This document shows, in pieces, positions 49,133 through 62,796 of a stretch of 64,000 nucleotides of DNA; the stretch's first letter is position 1, and each line of letters starts with the position of its first letter. The notes under the pieces were generated by a model. That model worked only from the letters and a program-made list of their open reading frames with translations. It searched no databases and was not told the origin of the DNA. The DNA is from Podarcis liolepis. Taxonomy: Eukaryota. Made by a program: the position numbers and the translations under genes. Location of the stretch: assembly GCA_965112155.1 (NCBI GenBank), contig OZ218101.1, one strand, 5' to 3'.

Positions 49133-49887
49133 TGATGTGGGTAAGACCGAGGAAATGAACACAAGAATTGGTACTGGGTTGAATTAGGCCACACCTTTAT
49201 TGATTACAGGTAAGAGTAGGTTTGGCTAAGTCATTGGCCAAATTGTATCTGGCATCAGAACGCCTACATGCTGGCTGATAGGAACCCAGTGGATCAACTG
49301 TGTGCTGCGGAGTCACCCAAAAAATGGATTAGCTGCCACAACCCCATATGGACCTGCCATTCGGAGCTGTTTTGGCCCATTGGTCTGCAAGTGTGGACTC
49401 CCAGACCGATTCATGCCTCTTGGATTCCTTTAACTGGGTACCTGCATGATGTATATCCATCAAAGTTGTGACAGTTGCTATGAGGTAGGTAAAAACCTTT
49501 ACACTGGTCAATTTGCTTGCAGGAGAAAATTCCTCTCTAGCCCCAAATACAGCAAGCGATTAAGCACAGCAAGGTTCTTACATCAACTTGCCCACTCCCC
49601 CATTGAGGGGGCCCCTAACAGTCTGGGTGAGTGGGAGGTAAATTCTGCATTGGTCCCCAAGGGTGGGCAGGGCACAGCCCCCATGCCCATGCCCCGATAG
49701 GCTTGCAGGCAAGGGCCACCCAAACAATGGGTTCAGCATGGCCAGCGGAGGCCAACATCAAATGGCCATCCCCTCCCCCATCTATCCAGGACAAGGAGTT
49801 TATCCCTGGATCCAGCCACATTCTCACTGTGTGGCAAACACTGGACCCCCTCCTGTTGAGACATTAATTGAACACATTTGTTAGACA
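49133..49887 (-). mobile_element. Possible LTR-like element
   Basis: TG...CA ends, a minus-strand AATAAAG near 49195-49201 close to its 3' end, and a GC-richer interior. No TSD found. Confidence 0.35.
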
Positions 49888-51684
49888 ATTGTGCCCACTG
49901 TTCCAACTTCAGACTTCCATGCATTTATAGGCCTCCTTTATAGGTTCCCCAATCCTGTTGGCTGTGAAGGAGCTCAGAATAGGATATATTTCTTAACTAT
50001 GCCCTGATTATGGAATTCCTTGTCTCAGAGGACTAGCATGTCATCATCCTTTATGACATTTTATGTCAGGTTGAAAACATTCTTCTGACATGCTTTCTAG
50101 AAAGATAATTATGAGCCAAAATGTGTCAACTAACTTAGCAATAAGAGGGTGATTGTTTTACCAACAATTGGTGCTATTATGAATGGTCATTGGACTTCTT
50201 TTACATGCACACATTTAGGTTTGCAATCTCAAGGGGTGGAGAGTGGACTAAAGACAAACAATGAAAGGGAAATTAGAGGGAGAATCTTAGATTGCCTTCT
50301 GAGCTAGTCAAAATCTCCCCCCAGTTTTGGAGCGTGTCAGGTGGCTGAGATGGCTTTGTATACTTCAGATCCAAGCTGTTTCCTGATCCTCCACTGGCAG
50401 ATCCCCAGTAACACCCCTCCCCCTAATCTTGACCTCACTACTGTTGCAGAACTGACGTCACTAGGGCCAGGGTGTTTCCATAGGGGCAGGAAGGAGCTTA
50501 CTCCCTGACATCACAACCCTCTCTCCAGTGATGTACAGGGAATGTCAATGTTTCCTATGACCCCTGAGACACCCTCCCATGGGCCATAGGTTTTCAGATC
50601 CAGATTTAATTGAATTTTCACAGTCTGTGCATTTGCATTTCATTGCCACTCGACTCCTTTCTCCTTAGTTTTTCTTTACAACTGTATATTCCTGTCAACT
50701 GAGGAAAACACATGCATCTAATGGGATGGACACTAATCTTTAAGGTCCTCCAAAACTGCAAGAGTTAGACTAACACCTTTATTCCACCTTACTTTAAATC
50801 ATAACTGGTACAGGTTCATTTTCAACATGGCTATAAAGGTAGAGTTTGAATACTATAGCTTTTGTCCTCCACGGCCCAACTTTTAAATAATGATTCCTGT
50901 AGTTCCAGTTATTCTTTTCTTCCGTGTTTTAAGTCCTTTATACAACTCCTTAATGAGCACAAAAGACAACATCATAACTTCCTAAGTATACTGCCCTTGA
51001 CTGAGAGACCCAAATGGTATACACTATTTCTAAAGCATTTGATTCATTAATATACTCAAATGCTGTTCACGGTCTTTCCTCCTCTAAACTGACTTCCAGT
51101 ATTGAACCAGATACTCTATTGACTTGTATTTTCTTATGATCCTTTATACGTATCTGCTGACTGACTGATCTTTCTCAGCAGCTATGCTCCTCTGCTATAT
51201 ATTTGTAAATTTGGCTTTCCTGTACTATATGCAGCACACTCCATTTGTCTCTGGTGAAAATTTACCCCACTTAGCTACAACTTATCAAGATATTTATGAA
51301 TTCCAGTCTTCCCCCTTCTGAAATGTCAATATTCTTTCCCAGCCTTCTGGCATTTGAAAACCTGAGATCCAAGTAGTTTTTATCCAAATTACAGATGAAA
51401 GTCACGAACATTATGAATACAGCGACAATCATTACAGACAAAGTTCAATTTGTTGCCTCATGCAAGTATGGAAACAAACTACTAACTGGTATTTCTTGCT
51501 ACGAGGTTACATTAGACATTCAAATTAGCCACCAATTCTTTTGCTTCCATGTTACATGTTCTATCTCTTACCATAAGCTCTCTCATCCACTTAGTGAAGT
51601 TACACAATTTTTTAAATTAAAAATCCTGCCTTAATTAAGAACTCTTTTTAGAAAATGTTTGCAACACTGACGTGTTATACTAAT

Positions 51685-51708
51685 TGTGTGTGTGTGTGTG
51701 TGTGTGTG
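51685..51708 (+). repeat. (TG)n microsatellite
   Basis: Seen directly. Confidence 0.95.
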
Positions 51709-52184
51709 AAGTCATACATGTCACATTCTACACTAATTTCTACCCATATCAACCTTACATGAATGGTAATTCTTCCAATAGCATTAGCAGAAATAAATGT
51801 TAATTACATCCAGATATTTGGATTGGCTACCATTAAGGATTATTATCCCATGACTGTCAGAACACTCTCATTGTCCTTAGAATTGGCACTTGTGAAGCAA
51901 TTTCAAGAGTTGTGCCTCTCCCAGTTACCTTTATGGAGAGTGGAATGAAAAATTGTGGATGACTAACAGCTCCAAACCTCGAGTTCTGTCACTTTAATAA
52001 TGAAATTAATCTACAGGATTCTTAAGAACATGCATTACAGAAATCTACATGGGGCCATTTTTAACAGTTTTTGGATACTGCCTCTCTTATCTAGCTCCCT
52101 AGAACCCCTCTGGATCTGTAATAGTTTAGAGATGACATGAAATATTTCAATTATACAGTTTCTTTACCTCTACCTTAGCTGTAG

Positions 52185-52510
52185 AAAATTGGTAGAAATT
52201 AATTTATCACCTCACAGATGGAAACAAATTAGCAGAAACTGCAGCGAAAGACAAGGATCGCCAACAGAATTTGAATTCATTGTGCTTACTGATTAGGGCA
52301 CACACGCTTCACCCATTAGACTATGCAATCTTTGCTTCCTGTCTAGGATAAATTACAGGTGTTAAATTAGTCACAGGAGGGTTCCCCCATTGTTCCATCG
52401 TTGCAAGAGAAACACTAAAAATTGCAGGACTGAATAAAAAATCCTTAAGATGGAGCGTAAAAGGTATAATTCTTCTTTTATTTACCCAATAAACCCTTTC
52501 ATTACTGGGT
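52185..52510. promoter_or_regulatory. Candidate conserved non-coding element
   Basis: Several AATTA/TGATTA homeodomain motifs, SOX CATTGT twice, and E-boxes CAGATG and CAGGTG. Confidence 0.4.
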
Positions 52511-52837
52511 TATTCCTCCATTCATGCCCACTTTGCAACAGAATAGAATATTCCATAGAGTCCTTAGAATGCTTAAGAAACATGCTTACCCATTTATACC
52601 TAACTGTATATTAATCCTTCCTTAATACAGTGGCATTAACTTGTAGAAACAAATAGATGTATAGGCTTTTGACTGCTGGGAGTCCCATATTTTTCATCCT
52701 AGAATGAGAGTAAGTTGATGAAGTTCCATGAATGTACATTGCTGTGATGTGAAGGTTCGAACACACAACCAACCTCAGATAAAATGCCCTCACTTATTTG
52801 ACTTTATGCTATTTAAGGCCAACTAACAGCACTATCT

Positions 52838-53150
52838 TAAGAACATAGAAAGACCTCTGCTAAATCAGAACAAAGGCCCATCTGGTCCACCATTCTGTTA
52901 TCACAGTGGCCAATTAGTCACTTATGGGAAGTCCACAAGCAAGACATGAGGTCAGCAGCACTGTCAATCTCATGTTTCCCCAGCAGCTGCTGCACAGGGA
53001 TACATCTTAATGTAGCAAATTGTGAGGAAGCTCCTCTTTTTGTCTGTTCTGAATCACTTACCATTCAGCTATTTTGAGAGGGGGTGAAAACCATATTTCT
53101 GTACACTTTCTTCACACGATGCATAATTCTATACACCTCTATCATGCCCC
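52838..53150 (-). mobile_element. Older CR1-clade 3' end fragment
   Basis: AAGAACATAGAAAG...CTGCTAAATCAGAACAAAGGCCCATCTGGTCCACCATTCTG...CACAGTGGCC is a CR1-type 3' UTR in reverse, followed by decayed ORF2-like sequence. Confidence 0.6.
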
Positions 53151-54049
53151 CAAATGAAAAAGTCCTATACTTTTAATTAACTTATTTAAAATATGTATAG
53201 CCTCCTCCTCATAACCGGAGTGGTTCGCAATCATAAAAAAATAAAATAAATACTAGAACTCCAAGTATAGGTTGGTTTATAAAATCCAATAAATGAATAA
53301 ATAAAATAAACAGGCGCATAATAAACTCTGGGGTGGGGAGGGGGATAAAACAGTAAATACACATTAAAACAGATTGATAAACAGGAACCATACAAACGCT
53401 TGGATAAATAAGTGGGTCTTGAGAACCAGGTTATTCCACTTTAGTTGGGGCATTGAGCAAAGTTGGTAAATGGAACTCCTCACTGAGGAAGCTACTTGTG
53501 CCTCCAATGATAATGCTTAGATCTAGGAGCATGCCCAGACTACATGTGTATTCTTTTAGAGCAAGGTTTCTGATGGGAGTTGTAGTTCAGCAATATGTGA
53601 AGTGCCAAAGGTTACACAGGGATAAAGGTTCACTTCATCTGTACAAAAGGGAACAGATTCTCGTGCAAATCTGATCTGCCTCCAGTGGACTTAACAGGGA
53701 GGCTCATTTGATGCCTTTGTTTCATATCTTTAGGTGCCAGGCGATAAATATTTTCACATCTGGATCTGGAAGGGAGAAGGATTCTCTGGTCACACTCTGG
53801 CTTCTCTTCCCTTTTCAGCCAGCCTACAGTTGCAGAAAATACTATGGGAAATAGAGGTTGTAGTGCTGACTGTCAGTGTCCAAGTCCAGCACTGCAACAT
53901 AGCTAGGATATCCTGAACCTTACCACTGGGATGCTGGTAGTTTTAAGCTGCCTTGCATCTGACTGGGAGTGCAGGGCACTCAGCTCTTGACAGGATTGCC
54001 TCCTCTTATTATGGCTTTGCCTTGAACAATGAGAGTTATTTAACTATTT

Positions 54050-54640
54050 TCATTAAAGACAGTGCATTTTTTTTTGGAAGATAAAGATAATTAAGTGCTG
54101 AAAGTGTGGCGATCCATTTGACACAGTGAATAAAAGATATGAAGTATTTCTAATAAAAGCAGAACCCCCACTGGGACTTGAACTCACTGCCTATCTTTGC
54201 AGTCTAAGCAAAGCATTCTGTTCACTAGGCAAATACTTTGCATTCGCTCTCCATTGCTGGAATTTATAACTGCGATATTGGCTGCACACACTGGGTCTCC
54301 CAGTTGTTGTTCTCTAAAAGCAAAAGAAATATATTGTTTCTTGGATGCTCTGTGAAAAAATAAATAATTTTTATAAAAATGAATGTACGTGTTATAACGT
54401 TCCAAAACCTGTTCTCTTATTTGTGCCAAGATCTACAGTGCATGCTTAATTCCATTGCCCACACTCTTATTTCTTCTGTGTGATATCCTCCCCCCACTCC
54501 TTTTCATCAATAAAAAATGTGCAAATAGAATGGCCAAGGGAGGCTTCCGGCTTCCCAGACAGCCACTTCTTCATGAGCAATGCTGGAATAATCTGAATGC
54601 CGGATATGGTTAAACTGAGTAGGTCTGTACAAGTACACTC
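54050..54640. promoter_or_regulatory. Candidate conserved non-coding region
   Basis: Repeat-free, with AGATAA twice, TAATTA, TTTATAA/CAATAAAA HOX-like motifs and retained CpGs. Confidence 0.35.
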
Positions 54641-55591
54641 CAAATAATGTCTCCAGTGCTCCATATGGTCAGTGTGCTCAGCTATTGCCTTGGGTCCCCA
54701 TGAAGCTAGCCCTGCGGAGAAGGAGACAATGCCACTTATGTCATACACGGAAGGACTTGTTTCTGCAACTCCCCAAAATGTCACTGTGAATCAAATCACA
54801 CAGACTTCCAGAAATGCATTTGTCCAACATAAATTATGCCTCTTTTCAAATCTACCTCCCTTGTCAGGTTAACCAAGCATGTGCACAAATACCTGAGTTA
54901 TATGCCCTAGATTTTGGGGAAGAGGGATTAACAAAGTAAATCCTTTCAACAAGTTTTCTTCACTGTTTGTATTCAGTGGTGGACTCCAATAATGAAGAGG
55001 TTTTAAACCTCAAAGAACTATGGAATTCACTGATTATTTTGTCCCTGAGCTGGTGCAGATTTTCTTCCACCTGCACTGCCCACACATGTCACCCACTAAC
55101 ACCAACTTCTTCCTTCCCCCTCCTGTTTTTACTGCTGTGGCATGGGTGTACCAAGGTTCTCAAGGGCAATGCCACACTCTGGCAAAGGACTCTAGGGAAT
55201 GTAGGGTCATTCTTCAGAGTGAGGCATTGTGAGTGAGATGGTCCCAAACAGCAGCTGCAGTAAAGCAGTAGCATTGCAGGGGTTCTCCAGTGCCACCCAG
55301 CTCTGAATACATGACATCACTGTGGGAATGCTGCTGACTACTTTACTGCAGTGGCAGCACTCCTAGCAGGCAAGGGAAACATGGAAATCCACCACCTTTC
55401 CTGATTTGCCATCTGATTGAAAGGTCTCAGTGTAGCTAACTGGCAGGTTGGCCCTGCACATCCAAACTTGTATGTAAACTTAAGAGAATAAAATTTTGCT
55501 GAAGTAAAACTGGTGTGGAGGTTTCAAATGCAAACACACAGAATCCATTTCAAGATCCATTATCTAGAACAGGGGGTGGGGGCTTAGATTA

Positions 55592-55807
55592 CAGTGGTAC
55601 CTTGGGTTAATAACTTAATTTGTTCCAGAGGTCCGTTCTTAACCTGAAACTGTTCTTAACCTGAAGCACCACTTTAGCTAATGGGGCCTCCCGCTGCTGC
55701 CACACCACCATCTGTTCTCATCCTGAAGCAAAATTCTTAACCCGAGGTACTATTACTGGGTTAGTGGAGTCTGTAACCTGAAGCGTCTGTAACCCGAGGT
55801 ACCACTG
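55592..55807. mobile_element. Tc1/mariner-type MITE, family A, copy 2
   Basis: CAGTGGTACCT...AGGTACCACTG with TA TSD; opposite orientation to the 4987 copy. Confidence 0.92.
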
Positions 55808-56469
55808 TACTGCACTTGCATATTTGTTGCAGGAACCTATTTCACACATTGTCCGTCTCACTTCAGTGTGGGATGTTGTGTTTCAAAATTCAGAAAGCGT
55901 CAGATCATTGATATCTGTGTCTACCTGCTGCACATGAGGATTTGACCAAGGCTGCACTAAAGGCTATACAATGTTTACAAAGTGAAACTGCTGTATTGCC
56001 AGGATTCAGACATATGTTTAAGTAGAGTGCAATAATAGGAAATAACCACTGAGGTAGTATGAACCCACTGAAAACTTCCTGGATGAATGTCCTATAAAGC
56101 TTTTGGAGTGGGCATGGTATAGTAAAAAGTAGCAAACAAGAGCACCATACAGGCTAGGGCATACAGGATTTATGGGGAGAGTGTGCCTTTCTTAGATACA
56201 TAGATTTCGATGTCTTTGCACGTCAAAACAAAACAGCTTGAATTATATCATGAAGGTTATGAAAAGCGAGCACATATGTGAAATTTCTATAAATAAGTCT
56301 ACCCCATATACTTGGAAGTATCCACCATATGGGCACTGCCCTAGGCTGGTTACTGGTCATTTCTGGCTACCATATAATATAAAAAATGCTATGGACAGAA
56401 TTGATGGACATTATATTCAAAGCACTTGAGGTCTTTCAAAATGTTTAGCCAGTTCTAAGAACACTTGAA

Positions 56470-56789
56470 GGGACGCAGGTGGTGCTGTGGTCTAAACTAC
56501 AGAGCCTAGGGCTTGCCGATCAGAAGGTTGGCAGTTCAAATCCCCTTGACAGGGTGAGCTCCTGCTCACCTAGTAGTTTGAAAGCACGTCAAAGTGCAGG
56601 TAGATAAATAGGTACCCCTCCGGCAGGAAGGTAAACAGCGTTTCCGTGCACTGCTCTGGTTCTCCAGAAGCAGCTTAGTCATGCTGGTCACATGACCCGG
56701 AAGTTGTACACTGGCTCCCTCGTCCAGTAAAGCAAGATGAGCGCTGCAACCCCAGAGTCGGCCACGACTGGACCTTTTATCTTTTCCTT
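56470..56789 (+). mobile_element. Sauria SINE
   Basis: Head GGGACGCAGGTGGTGCTGTGGTCTAAAC; TSD TAAGAACACTTGAA(GGG) at 56456 and 56790. Confidence 0.93.
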
Positions 56790-57221
56790 TAAGAACACTT
56801 GAAGGGTGGGATTTTTTTGTCCTACGCATAGGTTCTTCAAAAAACAACAACTGAGCAATGGACACCAAGATTCCATAGGATTACTCAAAAGTAAGTAAGG
56901 CTCTGGAGGGCAGTCTGCCTCTGAGTACCAGATGCTTGGTGAAGGAAGGGCTGTTGTTTTCCTGCTCTGTTTGTGGGTTTTCAAGAAGCATCAAGAGGGG
57001 TACTGTTAAAAACAGGATTCTGGACAAGGTGAAACCTAGAAGGGTTGAGAGCTGCATTCTCTTGGAGAAACTCAGTGGATGTGTGTCAGTGAGGGGTATG
57101 GCAAGAGTTGGCTATGCATGAGGCCAGAGGCACCTCACATTGTCTCTCACTCTAAAATTGTATTAAGATGATTACAACCCCACACTGCTTCTATCTGTCT
57201 TCAGAAGAGGGAGGGAGGGAG

Positions 57222-57223
<2 letters not shown>

Positions 57224-57270
<47 letters not shown>
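57224..57270 (+). repeat. (AG)n microsatellite
   Basis: Seen directly. Confidence 0.95.
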
Positions 57271-57273
<3 letters not shown>

Positions 57274-58354
57274 AGGATGATCTTAAAACAAAAAGACAGA
57301 TAGAATATGGGGTGGTAATGATCTTAACTTAAGGGATAAAAAAACAGACAGATAAAAAGAGACAAATAAAAGCACAGACAGGAAGGACAGCTTTTTGCCT
57401 TCTTCGACGGGGTCTCCCTCCCTCCCTCCCTCTCCTCAGTTGTCTGAGTTGCATGTAATCGTAAGTGTGGTTGTTATAAAAATCTAGTTAGTTAGTTAGT
57501 TAACTAGATGTCTAGTTAGTAGGCATCCTATCATATTCTCTACTTTTACCTAGACTGAAACCATCACTCTTCAAATATGAACTTATGGCCAGTCCTACCA
57601 TTAGGCAGAGTGAGACAACTGTATCAAGGTGCAGATACTCAGGGGCAGCAGTAGCAGCCTCTGGCTATTCCTTCTGAGTCCTCAGCTATTTCCTTGTGGA
57701 CTTTTCATGGGCTTTTCTGGGCCCTCTAACCAGACCTCCTGTTTCAAGCATATAGGAGCATGTTCTCCCATCATCAAGAGTTGATGTAAGATGCCAGTCC
57801 AGTCAACATCTGCATATGGAACTGGGAGTGTGCACCATATTGCCCAACTCAGACAGCAAAATGTCTCAGGCCAACCCTGAGTGGACTTTGGCTTATGCTT
57901 GCAGCCTTGATACAGAACATGCTGCACTGACTCTTTATAACCTATTCTAAAAAAATAATTATTCAATCTGATTTGTATATTTTCATTTAGAATATTTATA
58001 TAATGGAAGCTATGATTGACAACTACAGGTTTCTTGTGTGTGCAGAAGTATGCAGCTCCCTCTGGATCCACACTTTGCAAAGGTCAGCTGGCTCTCTCCA
58101 GGTTTAATTCCTTTCTTGCTGCTACTGTTCAGAAGTAAATGTTCACTTTTTATTAAAGATCAAAAGAAGAGGTGCTTGTAATCCTCCTGACTCTGGACTT
58201 CTAATATAAATTGAAAGCTTAGTTCAGAGCAATACTTGCTAAAATGAGAGAGAAATCAGCTTCTGATTCCTAGAGGAAGTGGAATAATTGCATGTGTTTG
58301 TGTGAGAGAAAGAGTGTGTGAGAGTTTTAACTCTTATGTCGTATTCCTTTTCTT

Positions 58355-58523
58355 CAGTGGCGTAGCGTGGGGGGTGCAGGGGGGCCCGGCTGCACCGGCC
58401 GCAACATCTGGGGGTTAGGGTTAGGGGGCACAAATCCACGGGTTAGGGGGCGCAAATCCATGGGTTAGGGAGTGCAAATTACTTGCCTTGCCCCGGGTGC
58501 TGACAACCCACACTACGCCACTG
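58355..58523. mobile_element. hAT MITE carrying TTAGGG-containing 22-bp repeats
   Basis: TIRs CAGTGGCGTAG / CTACGCCACTG with a perfect 8-bp TSD CTTTTCTT (58347-58354 / 58524-58531). Confidence 0.93.
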
Positions 58524-60356
58524 CTTTTCTTTGCTGGGTTTTAAGTGTGTGCGTGTGTGAAACTATATAGGGAGGCTGATGAGTTTGCGTTAAGAACCAG
58601 CTCAATTTTGGTTCCAGTGAGGATTTAACAACTTGTCAAAAAGAAAGAAAGATCAGTACTGTAAAGAATAAATGTACAAATCGGCTTCATTTTGTATTCA
58701 GTATATTTATAAGCCAACAACAGATCCATTCAAAATGGCAGAAAGAAAACCTCTTGGACTACAGCCCAGCCTGTCAGACACACTCCACCCTTCAAATCAA
58801 CATAGGAGAACACCTCTCAAAATATGGAGTTAGTCTTATCAGGTTGCAAAGGTAGTACAAATCAAATGGAAGGAACTGAAAAGAACTCTTATTAACCAGG
58901 AGTGACTTTATTCATTAATTTATATGCAGTTATTGCATTACAACAGCATTGCATAAAGGTAAAGCATTAAAAAAACCAACCCCAGCCTTCTGCTTCACTC
59001 AGATAAATCAATAAAATAAGCTACTGACTGCTCTGAAGTGGAAGAAACTCTCACAAGAGCAGAAGGAATGCCAAATCAGATGTTTGGAGCCTAGGAGGGA
59101 GACAGAGTGTTCAAATGGAAATAGTTTGGCAGTGCCAGAGTGGAAGACAAACGTAACAGGATGCAAAACAAGCAGCATGGAAGGGGTCTATTATGCAGAA
59201 GAAGGGCCATAGATGCATTATGCAGCCAAGTCTTATCCGTGTTTACTCAGAAGTAAGTCCCACTGTGTTCAATGAGGCTTGCTTCCAGGTTAAGAGGGAG
59301 CTGTAATGAGGCAATGCAACTTCGTTGCATAGTTGCACTACAAAGCAGAGCACTGCCTCATCAGTTGCTCTCTTACCTAGAGACCATTGTATATTTATAT
59401 TTGTGTCTTTTCAGCATTTTCGAATCACCTCCTCTTCCTAAGTTTCTATCCAATATTGGTTTCATTTAGATATTTCAAATTATCTGTGTCTTACTGGAGA
59501 AAGTTTCATTTTAAATGGTCGACCATCCTATGTTATGATTTAGAGTAAGGGATTCAGAGATGTTTTTTAAAAAGTGCAATCTGATATGTAAAGAAAGAGT
59601 TGGGACTCTCAGGGAAGTTGGGAATCTCAGGGCAGGGAATCGATTGCATTGTTATATTTATAATTCATCTTTTTTCATGAAAGCAAAACTCCAGGCAATT
59701 TGCTAAACATATTGTGTACAATATATACTACCTTGGATAAACAGTTGGAATGAGTTCCAATGAAGAAAACTATTGAGTGAGACATCATGTGGATTATCCA
59801 CTCTGTTTACTATAAATTTTAAATGATGTTTTTTCTTCTATGATATTTTGATATTAATATCACATATAGTATATGAATTGAACAAATAAATTTAGTTTAA
59901 AACTTGGGGGGGGGGAGAGCTAAAAAGAAAATGACAACATTAACTGCTATTATAGACTGTACTGGCCTCCTCCATTGAGACAGACATTGTCTCAGAGACC
60001 AAGACAATACTGTTTATAGATTTCAGCAGACTCTGGTGATGACCTTGAAGTTATGAACCGAGAGCACCCATGTTGCCTAATGACCAAGCAGCCCTGTCCA
60101 CAGAGGAGCAGATTATTGAAGAAGCAGACAAAACATAAGGGACCCAGAATCAGATCAGCAGCCCTAGTCTACCTAAGCAAACAGTAAAAAAACACACACC
60201 TGAGGAGCTACCATGCCAAGTGTTTTACAATCCTTGTTCGCCTAGTCCCCTTTGTGTGAGATGCCAAACAAAGAGGGCTCAAGGAAGTATAAATGTGATT
60301 CATTTAAGGAGTCAGTTCTCAGCAAGGAGTGGTCGAGCTGGGTGCAGATATCACAC

Positions 60357-60632
60357 CAGGGCTCAGCAAGGTTTACCTTGCCTGGGCTGGAGATCCCTCC
60401 ATGGGTCAGATCATGCGTGTGTGTGAGCGCGCCCGTGATTTCCGGTGTCTGTGTCTGCACAGATGTGATTTTCGGAGCCGTAGAAGTGAGTCCCTGTGCC
60501 GCAGTGTGCTGATTTAGCGCAGCGCATGGGGACTCACCGAGCGGGTGGCTCGGTTCGGGGGTGGCTCGGGGGCCAGTTAAACAACCCCCATGGGCCACTT
60601 GTGGCCTATGGGCCTTAGGTTGCTGACCCCTG
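60357..60632. mobile_element. hAT-Charlie-like MITE, CpG-rich
   Basis: TIRs CAGGGCTCAGCAA / TTGCTGACCCCTG. TSD is not clear. Confidence 0.75.
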
Positions 60633-60699
60633 TTATACAGTAATGCAGACATTTGCGTATAAGACACTCTGCCACTAAGCCATGGTCTTTTCTTGGTGA

Positions 60700-61249
60700 C
60701 AGTGGCACCAATTTGAACAAAACACTGGGGGTGGGGTGAGCCCTTCTCGCCTGGCCCCCCACCACACCATACTTCTTCTGAACCAGGGTTTGGGCCAGTG
60801 CATGCCCAGAAAGGTGCAGCAAGCACAGGCAGTTGACAGCAGCATTGGAGTCGGCAGCATGGCCAGGGTTCTTGCTCTGCCCCCCTCAGTCAGCTGCCTC
60901 CTCCCATCCAGGCACTCATCTCTCCTATGCCTCTCCTATGCCAGGCTTGCTCGTTGGTGCTTGGGCTGCCACTGCAGTAGTTTGAGGGGGTGGCATGGAG
61001 AGAGCAAGTGAAGAAGTGAAGGAAGTTGGGGAACAGACATGCATGAGCCATGCACTCACAAGCACCCATTACCACTGCTGAGCCCCCCTGCTCCTCCTGA
61101 AGGCAAGCCAGAAACAGAGGGTAGCGCTTGCATGGGGGGGGGGGAGGCAGCCAAGGTAGGTGGAGGGGGGAGAAAAAATACTGAAGAAACCCCCAGAAAA
61201 AAATTATTGGGGGGGGAGGGACCCCATTCCTCTAGAGTTGGTGCATATG
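60700..61249. mobile_element. Probable GC-rich non-autonomous DNA transposon
   Basis: Imperfect inverted ends CAGTGGCACCAA / TTGGTGCATATG with G-runs near both termini. Confidence 0.45.
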
Positions 61250-61645
61250 CTTGGTGACTGATTTCAAAAATAAAACAGCACAGGCACATTTCTCAATATC
61301 TGGAGGGCCAAAGGTTCCCCCACATTTGAGGCATGTCATTCTTTGGAACAAGAAATATCAGAAAATGAAATAAAAATAGGTTTGCAAATGTGACTTTGAT
61401 GGGGGCGTCATAGCATAACACATCTTGGGAGCTGCAATTTGTCACAGCTTCCAGATACCAGGTCCTGATTCCCTTGCAACTTTATAAATGTACGCCACTG
61501 CTTTGTATTTTAGGGGGCTCGCCACTTCCAACACACAGGCATTGTAAGCTTTGAAGCAACCTCAGGTTTCCCATCCATTTGTGAGCATCCGCAGAATTTT
61601 CAGAATGCAATCGCCTACAAATTTACAGAAACTATGCCACCCGGC

Positions 61646-61646
<1 letters not shown>

Positions 61647-61687
<41 letters not shown>
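61647..61687 (+). repeat. (TCTA)n microsatellite
   Basis: Seen directly. Confidence 0.95.
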
Positions 61688-62796
61688 TGCTATACATATT
61701 TGAGAGTCTCCTCTTGCAATAATGCAAGTGTTAAGAGGATTCTCATTAGAGTCATAGCACTGTGACAACTTATTATTCTTTCTGTAGTGGTTGAGACAGC
61801 TCTTTGTAGCATTCTGAGTCAATGTGTTCACAAACCTGACAGGGCATCACACTGGCACTGAATCAGAGTATTAATTTAAACCCTTCCAAAACCTGCAGCC
61901 AGTAGAACTCTCTCCTTCCACTAGATGCCCTTCTGCATACTTTGTTCTATGCCCTTCTTTCCAACTAGTTGTCTCACACACCTGCAATTTGTGTGTGAAC
62001 GAGCTTTGGAAGCTAAACCAAGCTGAACCTGTTTCCTTTCTTGTTGCTAACCTGTCCTCTCCTTCGAGTTGACCCATGAGTAGCAGCTTGCCCTGGCATT
62101 ATCTATACCATTTAGGATTTTACGCTCAATTAAATCCCCTCCTAATGGCCTTTCCATCTCCTCCCTCTCTATAGGCCACCAAGGCTTATGTTTTATTTTT
62201 AGCATGCTCTCTTTGCTGAAGACTCACAGCATCTTCCAACCCATTTGTTGCCATTCTGTGCACCTTTTCAGCTTTGCCAATGCTGATGGAGCTCAAGGTA
62301 TTAAGCGAAGTGAAGAATGTTATTTCATTGCCTACCACTTTCCCTTAGGCTTGGGTTCATGTGCCACAGTGGGGGCGAGTTGATCTGCCACTATATATCA
62401 GTTGTTTCACCAGTCTGTTCATACAGCCATTGGATGACTGTTCAGTTCCACAGCTTTACCTTGCCATGTCCATGCTCTCTTTTGTTCTAAAAGGGAATTT
62501 CACCCAATATGTTTATAACCTCTCTCTTCTCACAGCACACATTTGGATATATGCATTTTGAATGTTACTCATTTTAAGGAAACTGCAGTCATAGTGTAGT
62601 TTGACCAAGGGAAAGCACACTGGGAAGAAACTGAATGGTGAATACACACCTCTATTTAGAAAGTGGCATTTTACCAAGCTGTGCACATGAACACTACATA
62701 AGCTTGTCATTTATAAAGTTCTACCAAGTGGTGCCGTGAATTTTATAATAGCACCTGTTTAGGAGTTGGTGACAAGCAAGTGGCAAAGTCCTAATA

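Noticed and set aside
57481-57520. Palindrome ATCTAGTTA...TAACTAGAT
   Set aside because: It is explained by a low-complexity (TAGT)n repeat.
58410-58470. Relic telomere or chromosome fusion site
   Set aside because: There are only four TTAGGG units, all in one orientation and inside a TSD-flanked MITE.
60242-60826. Longest ORF in the window (194 aa, minus strand)
   Set aside because: It spans two GC-rich DNA transposon remnants and shows no protein-like signature.
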